The translations under genes were made by a program, and so were the position numbers. The notes under the pieces were generated by a model. That model saw only the letters and a program-made list of their open reading frames with translations, did no database searches and had not been told where the DNA came from. Below are positions 53,978 to 64,000 of a stretch of DNA of 64,000 nt, in pieces (within the stretch, counting starts at the first letter, position 1; every line of letters starts with the position of its first letter). Location: positions 160,001 through 224,000 of the forward strand of contig OZ244742.1 of the NCBI GenBank assembly GCA_965219415.1, written 5' to 3'. This DNA is from Candidatus Marinacidobacterales bacterium (lineage in GTDB: Bacteria > Acidobacteriota > Vicinamibacteria > Marinacidobacterales > DATDRI01).

Positions 53978-54591
53978 TCAAAAGTATCCAGGATGGAACG
54001 AACGATCGGCTCCATCCGCTGGCGCCGTGCCCTCTCCGCCAGAACGATTGACTTGAGGAGTCCGCCGCAACGCTCGATCTCGTCGTTGACTACAGCATAG
54101 TCATAATTCTGGTACAGCGAAACCTCCCGCCGAGCCACCGTCAACCTCCTCTCGATGTCAGCCCCCTCGTTCTGCCGGCGGTCCCTCAGCCGTTGTTCGA
54201 GGGCATCGAATGACGGTGGAAGTATGAAGATGAGCACCGCGTCGGGCATGTCTTGCTTGACCTGCGCCGCGCCCTGGACATCGATATCCAGGACGACGTC
54301 TACACCTCGGCCAAGCGCGGCTTCCGTCGTGGCACGCCCTGTGCCGTAGAGCTTTCCGTGGACCTCCGCCCATTCGAGCAAGTCGTTTCCTTCGATTCTC
54401 GACCGGAACTCTTTCTCCAAGACGAAGTGGTAATCCACACCGTCTTTTTCCGACTGACGGGGGGAACGAGTCGTGTAGGAGATGGAAAACTCGACGCCCT
54501 TCACATCCGCGACGAGCTGGCGCACTAAAGTGGTCTTTCCCGACCCGGAGGGGGCGGAGATAACCAAGAGACTGCCCCGTCGTTCGCTCAC
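53974..54591 (-). CDS. gmk: Guanylate kinase
   Basis: SAPSGSGKTT, TTRSPR, DGVDYHF, YGT, DIDVQGA. Confidence 0.96.
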   Translation of the reverse strand: MSERRGSLLVISAPSGSGKTTLVRQLVADVKGVEFSISYTTRSPRQSEKDGVDYHFVLEKEFRSRIEGNDLLEWAEVHGKLYGTGRATTEAALGRGVDVVLDIDVQGAAQVKQDMPDAVLIFILPPSFDALEQRLRDRRQNEGADIERRLTVARREVSLYQNYDYAVVNDEIERCGGLLKSIVLAERARRQRMEPIVRSILDTFE

Positions 54592-55466
54592 TCGATATTT
54601 TGAACCTGTTCTCTGATGCGTTCCAGCTCGGATTTGATCGCGATCACCTTCTCGGTGACGACGGCATCCTTGCATTTCGAGCCGATGGTATTCACTTCCC
54701 GATTCATCTCTTGGATGATGAAATCGAGCTTTTTCCCGCATGGCCGTTCGGCGCCCATGGCCTCCCGCCATAGGGTGACGTGGCTACGGAAGCGGGTGAG
54801 CTCTTCGGTGATATCGCTTCGCTCGACCAACCGGGCAACTTCGATTGCCAAGGCCGATGGCTCGATTCCGGTCCCGTCGAGCTCTTTGATGCGATCCAGA
54901 ATCTCTTGCCGCCTTTTCTCTTTGCTAGCAGCAGAAAGGCCTTCGATGGCGTCGATGTGCTCGGCGATGGTCTGAACGCGCCGATCGAAGTCCGAGGCGA
55001 GCTCTTGCCCCTCGGTTCGGCTCATCCGATCGTACTCATCGAGCGCTTTTTCCAGAGCAGGCTCCAAAGCGTTCCATGCCCCCTCACCGCCCGACAAGTC
55101 ACGTTCCTTGACGTTGAACCCGGGATGAAAGCCCACCAGATCGGACAGCGTCAGCTCGCCGCCGACGCCCAGTTCCTGCCCCAGATTCCGCGCCACTCTA
55201 ACGAAATCTTCGATAAGCGGTCGGTCGAGCTCCAGTTGGTGAGTGCTGTCTTCCTTCGGCGTCAATCGCACCGAGACGTCCACCTTCCCGCGTTTGACGC
55301 GAGAAGACACCTCGTTGCGAATCTTGGTCTCCAAGTGGGCTAGGCTCCCGGGGACGTGGACACGAACATCTTGGTAACGATGATTCACCGAGCGCAACTC
55401 GATCTCGGCGACGTACGAGTCGTTCTCCGACTGCCCCCGGGCGAATCCGGTCATGCTGCGGATCAA
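54588..55466 (-). CDS. yicC: YicC/YloC family endoribonuclease
   Basis: MIRSMTGF, SVNHR, GKKLDF..QEMNREVNTIGSK, IREQVQNIE. Confidence 0.95.
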   Translation of the reverse strand: MIRSMTGFARGQSENDSYVAEIELRSVNHRYQDVRVHVPGSLAHLETKIRNEVSSRVKRGKVDVSVRLTPKEDSTHQLELDRPLIEDFVRVARNLGQELGVGGELTLSDLVGFHPGFNVKERDLSGGEGAWNALEPALEKALDEYDRMSRTEGQELASDFDRRVQTIAEHIDAIEGLSAASKEKRRQEILDRIKELDGTGIEPSALAIEVARLVERSDITEELTRFRSHVTLWREAMGAERPCGKKLDFIIQEMNREVNTIGSKCKDAVVTEKVIAIKSELERIREQVQNIE

Positions 55467-57262
55467 CGTACAACCTCTCCTTTACGCGGCGAAGAAACCT
55501 TCTCGCCGTTGTTCGGCGGAACATCCAGAATGACGGGATCGCCTCCAGCGAACTGGAGCTGATAGAGTCGCCGGTACACGCTGTCGGCGCGACGCAGTAG
55601 CTCATCGTGCGTCCCGGTTTCTCTTACCGTTCCTCCCTCAATGATCACGATCCGATCGGCGCGTCTTATCGTCGACAAGCGATGGGCAATGACCACGGTG
55701 GTGCGGTTGGCCATCAGGTTCTCGATCGCTTGCTGAACCAACGCCTCCGATTCAGCATCCAACGAGCTCGTTGCTTCGTCCAGTATGAGCAAGGGTGGGT
55801 TCTTCAGGATCGCACGGGCGATCGATAGCCGCTGACGCTGCCCGCCCGACAATTTCTGGCCGCGCTCCCCGACCATACTGTCGAAGCCGTTGGGAAGCTC
55901 CTCGATGAAGCCGAGCGCCCGTGCCGCCCGCGCCGCTTCCTCGATCGCTTCCATAGACGTCGACTCGACTCCGTACGCGATATTGTTACGCACGGTGTCG
56001 TTGAAGAGGATGGTCTCCTGAAGGACCAAGCCGATCTGTCCGCGCAACGAGGAAAGCGTGGCCTCTCGAATGTCGATACCATCCCAGAAGATCGCCCCCT
56101 CTTCGGGATCGAAGAAACGGGGTATCAGATTGGCGAGCGTCGTCTTTCCCGCACCGCTCGTCCCGACCAAGGCAATGACCTGGCCGGCATTGATCTGCAG
56201 GTCTATGTTGCTAAGGACTTGTTCGACGCCGTCACCGTAGGTGAAGTCGACTCCCCTGAACTCGATTTTCTTCTGAAGAGTGGGAAGCTCCACCGCACCG
56301 GGTACTTCCTCGACCTCCATATGAGTATCGAGGACGGAAAAGACACGCTCCGCTGCGGCGAGAGACTGCTGAAAAGTGGCGTTTACGCGGGATAGCTTCT
56401 TGATCGGCCCGTACATTAGGAAGAGGGCCGCTACGAACGAAGTGAACTCGCCCGGTGTCAGCTGGCCGAGCGATATCATCGCGCTCCCGTACCAAATGGC
56501 GCCAGCGACGGCGACGCCGCCTACCAACTCCATGAGCGGCGGGAGGAGAGACACGATTTCCGTGATGCGCATGTTCGTCTTGAAGAGGCGCTCGCTCGCT
56601 CGAGCGAATCGTTTCGACTCGAACTCTTCCATCCGAAACGCCTTGACGATGCGGCTTCCGGATATCGTTTCTTGCAAGATGTTCGAGATGTCGCGCCAAC
56701 GTAGGAGCCCGGCGTCGCTGGTCTTTCGCAGCCGGCGGCCGAGCCGAACGAGGGGGTATACCACCACCGGCACTCCTAGGAGAGACAAGGCGGCAAGACG
56801 CCAATCGTAATAGAACAAAAGCGCGGCGTATCCCAGAACAGCGAAGCCCTGCATCATCAAATCACCAACCGCTTGAGAGACCGACTGCTGAATCTTCTCG
56901 ACGTCGGTGGTGATGTGACTCATGAGCGTCCCGGTGGACTTCGAAGAGAAAAAATCCACCGATTGGCGGAGCATGTGCCGGTAAAGGCCGTTCCTCAGAT
57001 CCATCACCGTGCGCTGGCCGACGTAGCTCATCAGGTACGTCGAGAAGTACGAGAACAACCCCTTCGCGACATACAGCACGATGATCGTCAAAGCCACCCG
57101 TTCGAGATTCACCTGTTGAATCAAAACGTCGTCGAAGATGGGCTTGATGAGGTAGGCCAGGCCGGCCGAGGAAATGGCGAACCCGATCATCGCCACGCAG
57201 GCGAGAAGGAATCGGCCCCTATAGGGTCGCGCCTGCCGTAGCAAACGCCGAAGCTCGCTCAT
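55463..57262 (-). CDS. msbA: MsbA-like lipid A ABC exporter
   Basis: ABC TM domain; GTSGAGKTT, LSGGQRQR, LILDEATS. Confidence 0.85.
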   Translation of the reverse strand: MSELRRLLRQARPYRGRFLLACVAMIGFAISSAGLAYLIKPIFDDVLIQQVNLERVALTIIVLYVAKGLFSYFSTYLMSYVGQRTVMDLRNGLYRHMLRQSVDFFSSKSTGTLMSHITTDVEKIQQSVSQAVGDLMMQGFAVLGYAALLFYYDWRLAALSLLGVPVVVYPLVRLGRRLRKTSDAGLLRWRDISNILQETISGSRIVKAFRMEEFESKRFARASERLFKTNMRITEIVSLLPPLMELVGGVAVAGAIWYGSAMISLGQLTPGEFTSFVAALFLMYGPIKKLSRVNATFQQSLAAAERVFSVLDTHMEVEEVPGAVELPTLQKKIEFRGVDFTYGDGVEQVLSNIDLQINAGQVIALVGTSGAGKTTLANLIPRFFDPEEGAIFWDGIDIREATLSSLRGQIGLVLQETILFNDTVRNNIAYGVESTSMEAIEEAARAARALGFIEELPNGFDSMVGERGQKLSGGQRQRLSIARAILKNPPLLILDEATSSLDAESEALVQQAIENLMANRTTVVIAHRLSTIRRADRIVIIEGGTVRETGTHDELLRRADSVYRRLYQLQFAGGDPVILDVPPNNGEKVSSPRKGEVVR

Positions 57263-57359
57263 CGATGCAACTCACTCAGATGGAACATTTTATCAGAGTA
57301 TTGGCTCGGAGTCTTCTATTACCCTCCCCGGGGCAGGCGGCGGGTCTCCACGGAGGAAT

Positions 57360-58064
57360 CTAATCTACCACACGGTACTTCAGAAGCACCCAGAGCGCCT
57401 CGAGACCGTCCTTCCATGAGATCTTCTTTCCTTCCTCGTAGCCCCGGCCTTCATAGGTAATGGGCACCTCGTAAACACGGCAACCCATTTTGAAGAGCTT
57501 GGCGGTGATCTCGGGCTCGATGCCGAATCGATCCGACCGGAGCGTCATCTGACGGACCTTCTCGGCTCGGATAGCCTTAAAACAGGTCTCCATGTCGGTG
57601 AGGATCGTATTGTAGAGAACATTGGTCACCAAGGTCAGGAAGCGGTTTCCCATGTAGTGCACAAAGAGAAAAGCCCGATGTCGGCCGAGGAACCGCGAAC
57701 CGTATACAGCGTCGGCCTTGCCTCGAACGATGAGGTCGATGAGCTCCGGATACTCCTCCGGGGAGTATTCCAAGTCGGCATCCTGGACGACGAAGATGTC
57801 TCCGGACGCTTCCGCAAATCCTTTCCTGACCGCCGCGCCCTTCCCCTGATTTTTTTCTTGCAGAATCAACTTGAAGTCTCGCTCGCCGGCGAGCTTCGTC
57901 AGGACGTCGCGGGACCCATCGGTGGAGCCGTCGTCGATCACGAGGAGCTCGACCCGAAGGGGCACCGCAAGTACCCGCATGATGATTTCCTCAATGGTCG
58001 CCGTCTCGTTGTACACCGGCATGATCACCGAGAGGAGCGGGTCCACGAGAGGAGTGGCCTTCAC
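57360..58064 (-). CDS. Glycosyltransferase family 2 (DPM1-like)
   Basis: MPVYNE, DDGSTDG, QDADLEY, DMETC. Confidence 0.92.
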   Translation of the reverse strand: MKATPLVDPLLSVIMPVYNETATIEEIIMRVLAVPLRVELLVIDDGSTDGSRDVLTKLAGERDFKLILQEKNQGKGAAVRKGFAEASGDIFVVQDADLEYSPEEYPELIDLIVRGKADAVYGSRFLGRHRAFLFVHYMGNRFLTLVTNVLYNTILTDMETCFKAIRAEKVRQMTLRSDRFGIEPEITAKLFKMGCRVYEVPITYEGRGYEEGKKISWKDGLEALWVLLKYRVVD

Positions 58065-59065
58065 GCGTCGCCGTAACCTTGGGGATGATTCTGTTTGAAT
58101 TTCCAGGCGGTCTCGACGATCGCATCGAGCGACGCCAAGCTCGGCTTCCAACCCAGCTCCCGCTGGATCCTGTCGCTCGCCGCCACCAGTCGAGGTGGAT
58201 CTCCAGCGCGGCGCTCGGTGCGCACGGTGGCAACATCCTTACCGCTCACCCGTTCGACCGTATCCACCACCTCCAACACCGAGTATCCCTTTCCGGTCCC
58301 GAGATTGTAACTCGTGGAAGCGGCGCCCTTCCGGAGTGCGTCGACCGCCATGATGTGCGCCGCAGCGAGGTCGACGACGTGAACATAGTCGCGAATACAC
58401 GTCCCGTCGGGAGTCTCGTAGTCGTCTCCAAAGATAGCGAGCGAGGCCCGGAGTCCCATCGCCGCCTCGCATGCCAGCGGAATGAGGTGCGTCTCCGGAC
58501 GATGGTCTTCGCCGAGATCGCCATCCGGATGGGCGCCGGCGGCGTTGAAGTAGCGGAGGTTCACGTGCCGCGTTCCGTAGGCGACCTCGAAGTCGGCTAG
58601 TGCTTCCTCGAAGTCACGCTTGGTGCGACCATAGGGACTCATCGGTCGTTGGGGGTGTGTCTCAGGAATGGGAACGACCTCCGGCTCGCCGTAGATGGCA
58701 CAGGTAGACGAAAAAATCACCGCGGGAACTTGATTTCGCGCCACCGCTTCGAGTAGCTCGATGCCTCCGCCCAAGTTATTCTTGTAATACTTCCCGGGCT
58801 CGCGAACCGACTCTCCGACGTAAGCCCTTCCCGCGAAATGAAGCACGACATCGATCTCTTCGCTCTTGAAGATACTGTCGAGCCCCTCTCGCGACTGAGC
58901 CGGCTCGGAAAGATCGGCCGTGACCAACTCGACGCCCTCGACGGCTTCTCGATGTCCTTCACTCAGGTCGTCGAGAACCACAACACGCTCGCCTCGACGA
59001 ACTAGCTCCCGCACGGTATGCGAGCCGACGAAACCGGCTCCACCGGTGACCAAGATGGCGGGCAT
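58061..59065 (-). CDS. galE: UDP-glucose 4-epimerase
   Basis: VTGGAGFVGSH, YGRTK, LRYFNAAGA, DGTCIRDYVHV. Confidence 0.96.
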   Translation of the reverse strand: MPAILVTGGAGFVGSHTVRELVRRGERVVVLDDLSEGHREAVEGVELVTADLSEPAQSREGLDSIFKSEEIDVVLHFAGRAYVGESVREPGKYYKNNLGGGIELLEAVARNQVPAVIFSSTCAIYGEPEVVPIPETHPQRPMSPYGRTKRDFEEALADFEVAYGTRHVNLRYFNAAGAHPDGDLGEDHRPETHLIPLACEAAMGLRASLAIFGDDYETPDGTCIRDYVHVVDLAAAHIMAVDALRKGAASTSYNLGTGKGYSVLEVVDTVERVSGKDVATVRTERRAGDPPRLVAASDRIQRELGWKPSLASLDAIVETAWKFKQNHPQGYGDA

Positions 59066-59077
59066 CGATCGGCTGGC

Positions 59078-60391
59078 TCAGGCTCGTCGGCCGACGCCGA
59101 AGTAGGCAAATCCCAGCCTACTTAGCACTTCGGGGTTGTAAATGTTTCGGCCGTCGAATACGACCGGGCGCTTCATCACGGCGCGTAAGCGCTCGAAGTC
59201 AGGTTCACGAAATTCGTTCCACTCGGTGACCAAGATCAAGCCTTCGGCTCCTTCACAAGCGTCATAGCCCCTGCGGCAGTAGGTGATGCTTTTGTCCCAC
59301 TTGGAGAGTGCCTTCTTGGCTTCTTTCATAGCCTCGGGATCGAAGACCCGCAGGTGGGCTCCCCTCTTGGCTAACTCCTCGATCAGCACAATCGACGGAG
59401 CCTCTCGCATGTCATCGGTTCTCGGCTTGAAGGCGAGTCCCCAAACAGCCAGAGTCACCGACTTCAGCTCTCCGCCGAAAAGCTCCAGGATCTTGGGCAG
59501 CAAGAACCGTTTCTGCGTCTCGTTCACGTTCTCGGTGGCTCTCACAATCGCAAGATCGACGCCCTTGTCTTCGGCGGTATGGAGCAAGGCTCGTATGTCT
59601 TTGGGAAAACAGGATCCCCCGTAACCCACGCCTGGAAAGAGGAAGGCATGCCCGATTCGGCTGTCCGCTCCGATCGCTTTGCGAACCTGCGAGACATCCG
59701 CCTCCACCGTCTCGCAAAAACGCGCGATTTCGTTCATGAAGCTGATACGGCTCGCCAGCATGGCGTTCGCGGCGTACTTCGATATCTCGGCGCTGGCTGG
59801 ATCCATGATCAGGATCGGGTTCCCGGTTCTCACGAAAGGACGGTAGAGCTCGGTCATCAATTGCCCGACCTGCGCGTCGTCTGTCCCGATGACCACACGA
59901 TCGGGGCGCATGAAGTCCTCGATGGCGGCCCCTTCCTTCAAAAACTCCGGGTTGGAGGCGACTCCGAAGCGTTGGGAGGTGCAATCGGCGATGGTATCTC
60001 TGACCCTTTGGTGCGTTCCCACCGGGACGGTGCTCTTGAGGACCACGACCTTATACCCGTTCATAGCCCGGCCGATCGATTCGGCGACACTCAGCACGTG
60101 GGTCATGTCCGCGGAGCCGTCCTCACCAGGTGGTGTACCGACAGCGACGAAGACGATCTCCGAGGCCTTTACCGCTTCCGGAAGGTTGGTAGTAAAAGAC
60201 AGCCGTTCTTCCTGGAGGTTTCTCTTGAGCAATTCCTCGAGTCCCGGCTCGTAGATCGGGCTTACCCCTTTTGAGAGTCGGCCTATCTTTTCTTCATCGA
60301 TATCCATACCGATGACGTCGTTGCCGTTTTCTGCCAAGCACGATGAAACGACCAGGCCCACATAGCCCGTACCCACGACACAGATTTTCAT
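59078..60391 (-). CDS. ugd: UDP-glucose 6-dehydrogenase
   Basis: GTGYVG, KSTVPVG, NPEFLKEG, GYGGSCFPKD, DGRN. Confidence 0.96.
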   Translation of the reverse strand: MKICVVGTGYVGLVVSSCLAENGNDVIGMDIDEEKIGRLSKGVSPIYEPGLEELLKRNLQEERLSFTTNLPEAVKASEIVFVAVGTPPGEDGSADMTHVLSVAESIGRAMNGYKVVVLKSTVPVGTHQRVRDTIADCTSQRFGVASNPEFLKEGAAIEDFMRPDRVVIGTDDAQVGQLMTELYRPFVRTGNPILIMDPASAEISKYAANAMLASRISFMNEIARFCETVEADVSQVRKAIGADSRIGHAFLFPGVGYGGSCFPKDIRALLHTAEDKGVDLAIVRATENVNETQKRFLLPKILELFGGELKSVTLAVWGLAFKPRTDDMREAPSIVLIEELAKRGAHLRVFDPEAMKEAKKALSKWDKSITYCRRGYDACEGAEGLILVTEWNEFREPDFERLRAVMKRPVVFDGRNIYNPEVLSRLGFAYFGVGRRA

Positions 60392-60516
60392 AAACTAGTC
60401 TGCTCCTTCTACCCGCAACTGCCGAATAGTCCTTTATTATAAGGGTAAAGCGGCCCGAGCCAACACCCTCCGTCACTATCAGCCGGGGCCGGGCGTGCTA
60501 TCATCCGCCACGGAGC

Positions 60517-61665
60517 ATGCCCGACCTCAACGTTGGAATCGACTACCGGCCGGCGCTATCTCGGCGCACCGGGGTCGGTCGTTACGTCGCCGGTTTAACC
60601 GAAGCCCTGAGCCGTATCGACTCTGAGAATCGCTACACGCTCTTCTCCAGCTCGCTGCGAGAACGCGCGCACGTCAACACGCTTCCACCCAACTTCGAGC
60701 TCGTCGATCGACGGATCCCTGTTTTCCTTCTGAACGCTCTGTGGCACCGCACCGGACAACCTTCCCTCGACTTTCTGACCGGTCGCTCGTTCAGCATTAC
60801 GCATTCACCCCATCCGCTTATTCTTCCATCAAGACGCGGTCGAACCGTCGTAACCATCCACGACATTTTCTTCTACCGGCATGCCGAGGCGACAGAGGCG
60901 GAGGTCCGCCGCGACTACGTCCCTCTGGTGAAAGCCCATGCCGCCCGTGCCGACGCCGTGCTCACCGGCTCCCGGACCACGAAGGACGACCTCGTCCGAG
61001 AGCTCGGGGTCGACGAGCGGAAGGTCGTGCTGACGCCCTACGGGGTCGACATCGAGAGCTTCCGGATGGGCCCCGACCATTCTGGCGACGAGGAGCGCAT
61101 CGGCGAGAGATACAAGCTACCTCCGCGCTACTTGCTTTCGGTCGCCGCATTGGAGCCGCGGAAAAATTTGACGCGGTTGGTGGAAGCCGTGGCCCACTTG
61201 GTGCGCCGAGGTTGGGACGGGACCCTCCTGCTCGCTGGCGGACCGGGGATGGCTGAACCAGCCGTCGACCGCGCCATCGACAGTCACGGGTTAAGCTCTC
61301 GGGTCGTGAAGTTGGGCTACATTCCGGCCGAACACTTACCTGTCCTCTACCGGCGAGCGCGCGCCCTAGCGAGCATCGCACTATGGGAGGGATTCGGTTT
61401 TACGGTTCTCGAAGCGATGGCTTGCGAGCTCCCGGTCGTAGCCTCCGATATTCCGACCCACCGCGAGGTGGCGGCGGAGGCGGCTACGTACGTCGACCCG
61501 ACCGATCCGGAAGCGATTGCTTCCGGCATCGAGCGCGTTTGGGACGACGACCCGGAGCGAGGACGACTCGTCGAAGCCGGATCGAAAAGAGTCACGTTGT
61601 TTTCCTGGGAAGAGACCGCCCGCAAAACCTTGGCCGTCTATGAACGGCTGGGCTCCAAGAGCTGA
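60517..61665 (+). CDS. Glycosyltransferase family 4
   Basis: TGVGRY, TIHD, EPRKN, EGFGFTVLEAMA. Confidence 0.93.
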   Translation: MPDLNVGIDYRPALSRRTGVGRYVAGLTEALSRIDSENRYTLFSSSLRERAHVNTLPPNFELVDRRIPVFLLNALWHRTGQPSLDFLTGRSFSITHSPHPLILPSRRGRTVVTIHDIFFYRHAEATEAEVRRDYVPLVKAHAARADAVLTGSRTTKDDLVRELGVDERKVVLTPYGVDIESFRMGPDHSGDEERIGERYKLPPRYLLSVAALEPRKNLTRLVEAVAHLVRRGWDGTLLLAGGPGMAEPAVDRAIDSHGLSSRVVKLGYIPAEHLPVLYRRARALASIALWEGFGFTVLEAMACELPVVASDIPTHREVAAEAATYVDPTDPEAIASGIERVWDDDPERGRLVEAGSKRVTLFSWEETARKTLAVYERLGSKS

Positions 61666-62546
61666 TGGAACTGACCGTTCTCATCGTCAGCTACAACGCC
61701 AAGATCCACCTCAGGAACTGCCTCCAATCGCTTTATGAAGGGACGTCCCATCGGCCCCTAGAGGTCATTGTCGTGGACAACGCCTCAACCGACGGCAGTC
61801 TTTCCATGGTGTCTCGGGACTTCCCCGAGGTGGTTGCGATCGGGTCGCCGGACAATCTCGGTTTTGCCGGAGGAAACAACCTCGGCATGCGGGAAGCGAA
61901 GGGTGACTCCCTGTTGCTACTCAACAACGATGCGTTCGTTAAGCCGGGTGCGGTCGATTCCATGCTGCGCATCATGAAGGAGAGACCAGACGTCGGCGTA
62001 TTGGGCCCTCTCTTGAGAAACGAAGACGGCTCGGTGCAGATTTCTTACGGCGACATGATCAACTTTCGCGCCGAAGCGTACCAGAAACTGCTCTCCAGAC
62101 TCTACGAGGGTGGAAATCGTTTCTTCCGTAGTTACATAGAGAAAAGAAGCAAGAAGGAAGCTTCTCCGGACTGGGTAAGCGGTGCGTGTATGATGCTGAG
62201 GGCGGAGCTCCTCCAGAAGGTTGGACATTTCGACGACCGTTTCTTCATGTACTCCGAAGAGGTGGATTACTGTCAGAGGGTACGGCGCGCCGGGTATCGC
62301 GTTCTTTACACGCCGGAGGCGGAGGTCGTCCATCTGCGTGGAAAGTCGACGGAGGCGAACCGAGAAAAAGCCACCTTCGAGTACCGGCGCAGTCAGCTCT
62401 ACTTCTACAAGAAGCACTATGGCCGCGGGAAGGTTCGATTCTTGAAGGTGTACCTCCTTCTCAAGATCGCGACCAAATGGATCCTCGGTAGCCGTTCCCA
62501 GCGACGCTTGCAACATATGCTGTTCGAACTCGTTTGGAACTTCTAG
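61665..62546 (+). CDS. Glycosyltransferase family 2 (rhamnosyltransferase-like)
   Basis: VVDNASTDG, NLGFAGGNN, LLNND, FFMYSEEVD. Confidence 0.93.
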   Translation: MELTVLIVSYNAKIHLRNCLQSLYEGTSHRPLEVIVVDNASTDGSLSMVSRDFPEVVAIGSPDNLGFAGGNNLGMREAKGDSLLLLNNDAFVKPGAVDSMLRIMKERPDVGVLGPLLRNEDGSVQISYGDMINFRAEAYQKLLSRLYEGGNRFFRSYIEKRSKKEASPDWVSGACMMLRAELLQKVGHFDDRFFMYSEEVDYCQRVRRAGYRVLYTPEAEVVHLRGKSTEANREKATFEYRRSQLYFYKKHYGRGKVRFLKVYLLLKIATKWILGSRSQRRLQHMLFELVWNF

Positions 62547-62692
62547 TTGACGGCAACAATGAAATCGATACTCGACTTTGCCGCAGCTATCCACGAGCCC
62601 CCTCACCCGCCCGCCTTCGGCGGACGACCTCTCCCCCGCGGTCTGGGGAGAGGTAATACAGGTGGTACCAACTTCGTTGGTACAGCGTTCTA

Positions 62693-64000
62693 GTGCCCGG
62701 CTCGGTCGCCTCGGGTGCGGCGACGTTAGTTCTTGCTCGCATCGTCCCGCCTCTCGCTTCTTTCGGCGTCTTCTACCTGGCGGTTCTGCATTGGGGACCC
62801 GACGGCTGGGGCCTCTTTCACTTACTGCTTTCGGTCCACGCCGTTTTGCAGATGGTGGCCGGGCTGGGTGTCGACCTCATGGTCCTAGAGAAGGGCTCCT
62901 CGAAGCCGCAGGAGCTTCCCGTGTTGCTCCACGCCGCGTCCGGACTCCTCTTTCGAGGCGGCCTGTTCCTCGGCGCGGCCATGGTCGCGGTCGCGTGGTC
63001 CTTGTCGGCTGACAGCGAAGCCCGTGTCGCGGCGGTGTGGTTTGCGGCCGCGCTACCTGCGTCGAGCCTTTCCCCTACGCTCGAGGCGACATGGATCTCG
63101 CTCGGCCGTACCCGCCGTGTCGGCGACGTCGCCCTGTGCGAACACGGCCTTCGTGTGCTGGGAAGTTTCATCGCGCTGTCGATGGGAGGTGGCCCCGCAG
63201 CTTTGGCCCTTGTTTTGTTTGGTTCGAAGTGGATCGGAACTGCCTCGCTTCTCCTACCCCTGCGGAAGATCGAAGGTCCGCCCGAACCGATCGCGTTTGC
63301 CACCTTAGTAAGACAAGCTTCTCCCTTCGCCTGTTCTTTGTCGTCAACGCTCTTCTCGGACGCATCGACAGCTTGTCGGTGGCGATGTTCCGACCGCTCG
63401 AAGACGTCGGCTACTATGGGACCGCGATCCGCTTGGCTCTCTTGCCCACCATCGCCTCCCAAGCGTTCGGAATGGCTCTCTACCCCCACTTGGCGAGGGC
63501 ACGGTCGGCGCCGGAAAGGTTTCAACGACTCCTCGGGGTAGGACTTCTGACCTTATCTGTGCCGTCCTTCGTACCCGCGGCTCTCCTTTTCACTTTCGCC
63601 GAGCCACTCCTGCGATCGTTGAGAATGGAGCACTATCTTCCGGCTGCTCCCATCCTCGCGCTGCTCGCCTTAGCACTTCCCGCTTGGTTCTCCACAGAAA
63701 TACTTTTTCGGGCTCTCGTCGCGAAAGGGCGGCTCAGCGATTGTTTGCGCGCCGCAGTGCTCCAAGTGAGTCTCGGCGTCGCCGCCTTGACGTGGGCGAC
63801 CAAAATGTATGGGGTCGAGGGGGCGGCGGCCGCGGCGGTGAGCGTCGCTTGGCTCGGGACCGCCGTCTATTCGTTCTTCTTGCTCCAAGAGAGCTCGATT
63901 TCATTACGGAGTTGGTTGCGAGTCCTGCTAATTGGCGCGACGTTTGTCGGCGCCACTCGCACGCTGGCCCCGATGTACTCCGGTTATGCCTTGACCCTCA
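62693..64000 (+). CDS. Wzx-like polysaccharide flippase, frameshift near 63335, runs off window
   Basis: Many TM segments; RID...DVGYYGTAIR; YGVEGAAAA; lies in a glycosyltransferase operon. Confidence 0.7.

Overview
A ~60% GC bacterial window, most consistent with Acidobacteriota (Vicinamibacteria-like), judged from gene content (Ser/Thr kinase-TPR, acidobacterial VWA, PEP-CTERM, yicC-gmk-coaBC-udg-priA). Positions 1-30 kb are a decaying accessory region. It holds nested IS110/IS3 elements with readable bridge-RNA guides, several IS256 copies with target duplications, and at least two tandem tyrosine-integrase islands inserted at tRNA-Arg(CCT) in the rare orientation that duplicates the 5' half of the tRNA. 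Positions 30-64 kb are mostly housekeeping: apt, acyP, glgB, surE, two tRNA-Pro, IHF/HU, der, priA, udg, coaBC, gmk, yicC, msbA, galE, ugd and glycosyltransferases. Frameshifts and fragment fusions are concentrated in accessory genes while core genes are intact, which suggests real pseudogenisation. The best candidates for something undescribed are a tandem, structured non-coding element at 39.57-39.93 kb, the 5'-tRNA tandem island array, a cargo-less PEP-CTERM micro-protein, and an EDR1/transglutaminase-like Cys-His-Asp protein paired with a tandem-repeat protein. All protein calls come from motif recognition; no database search was run.
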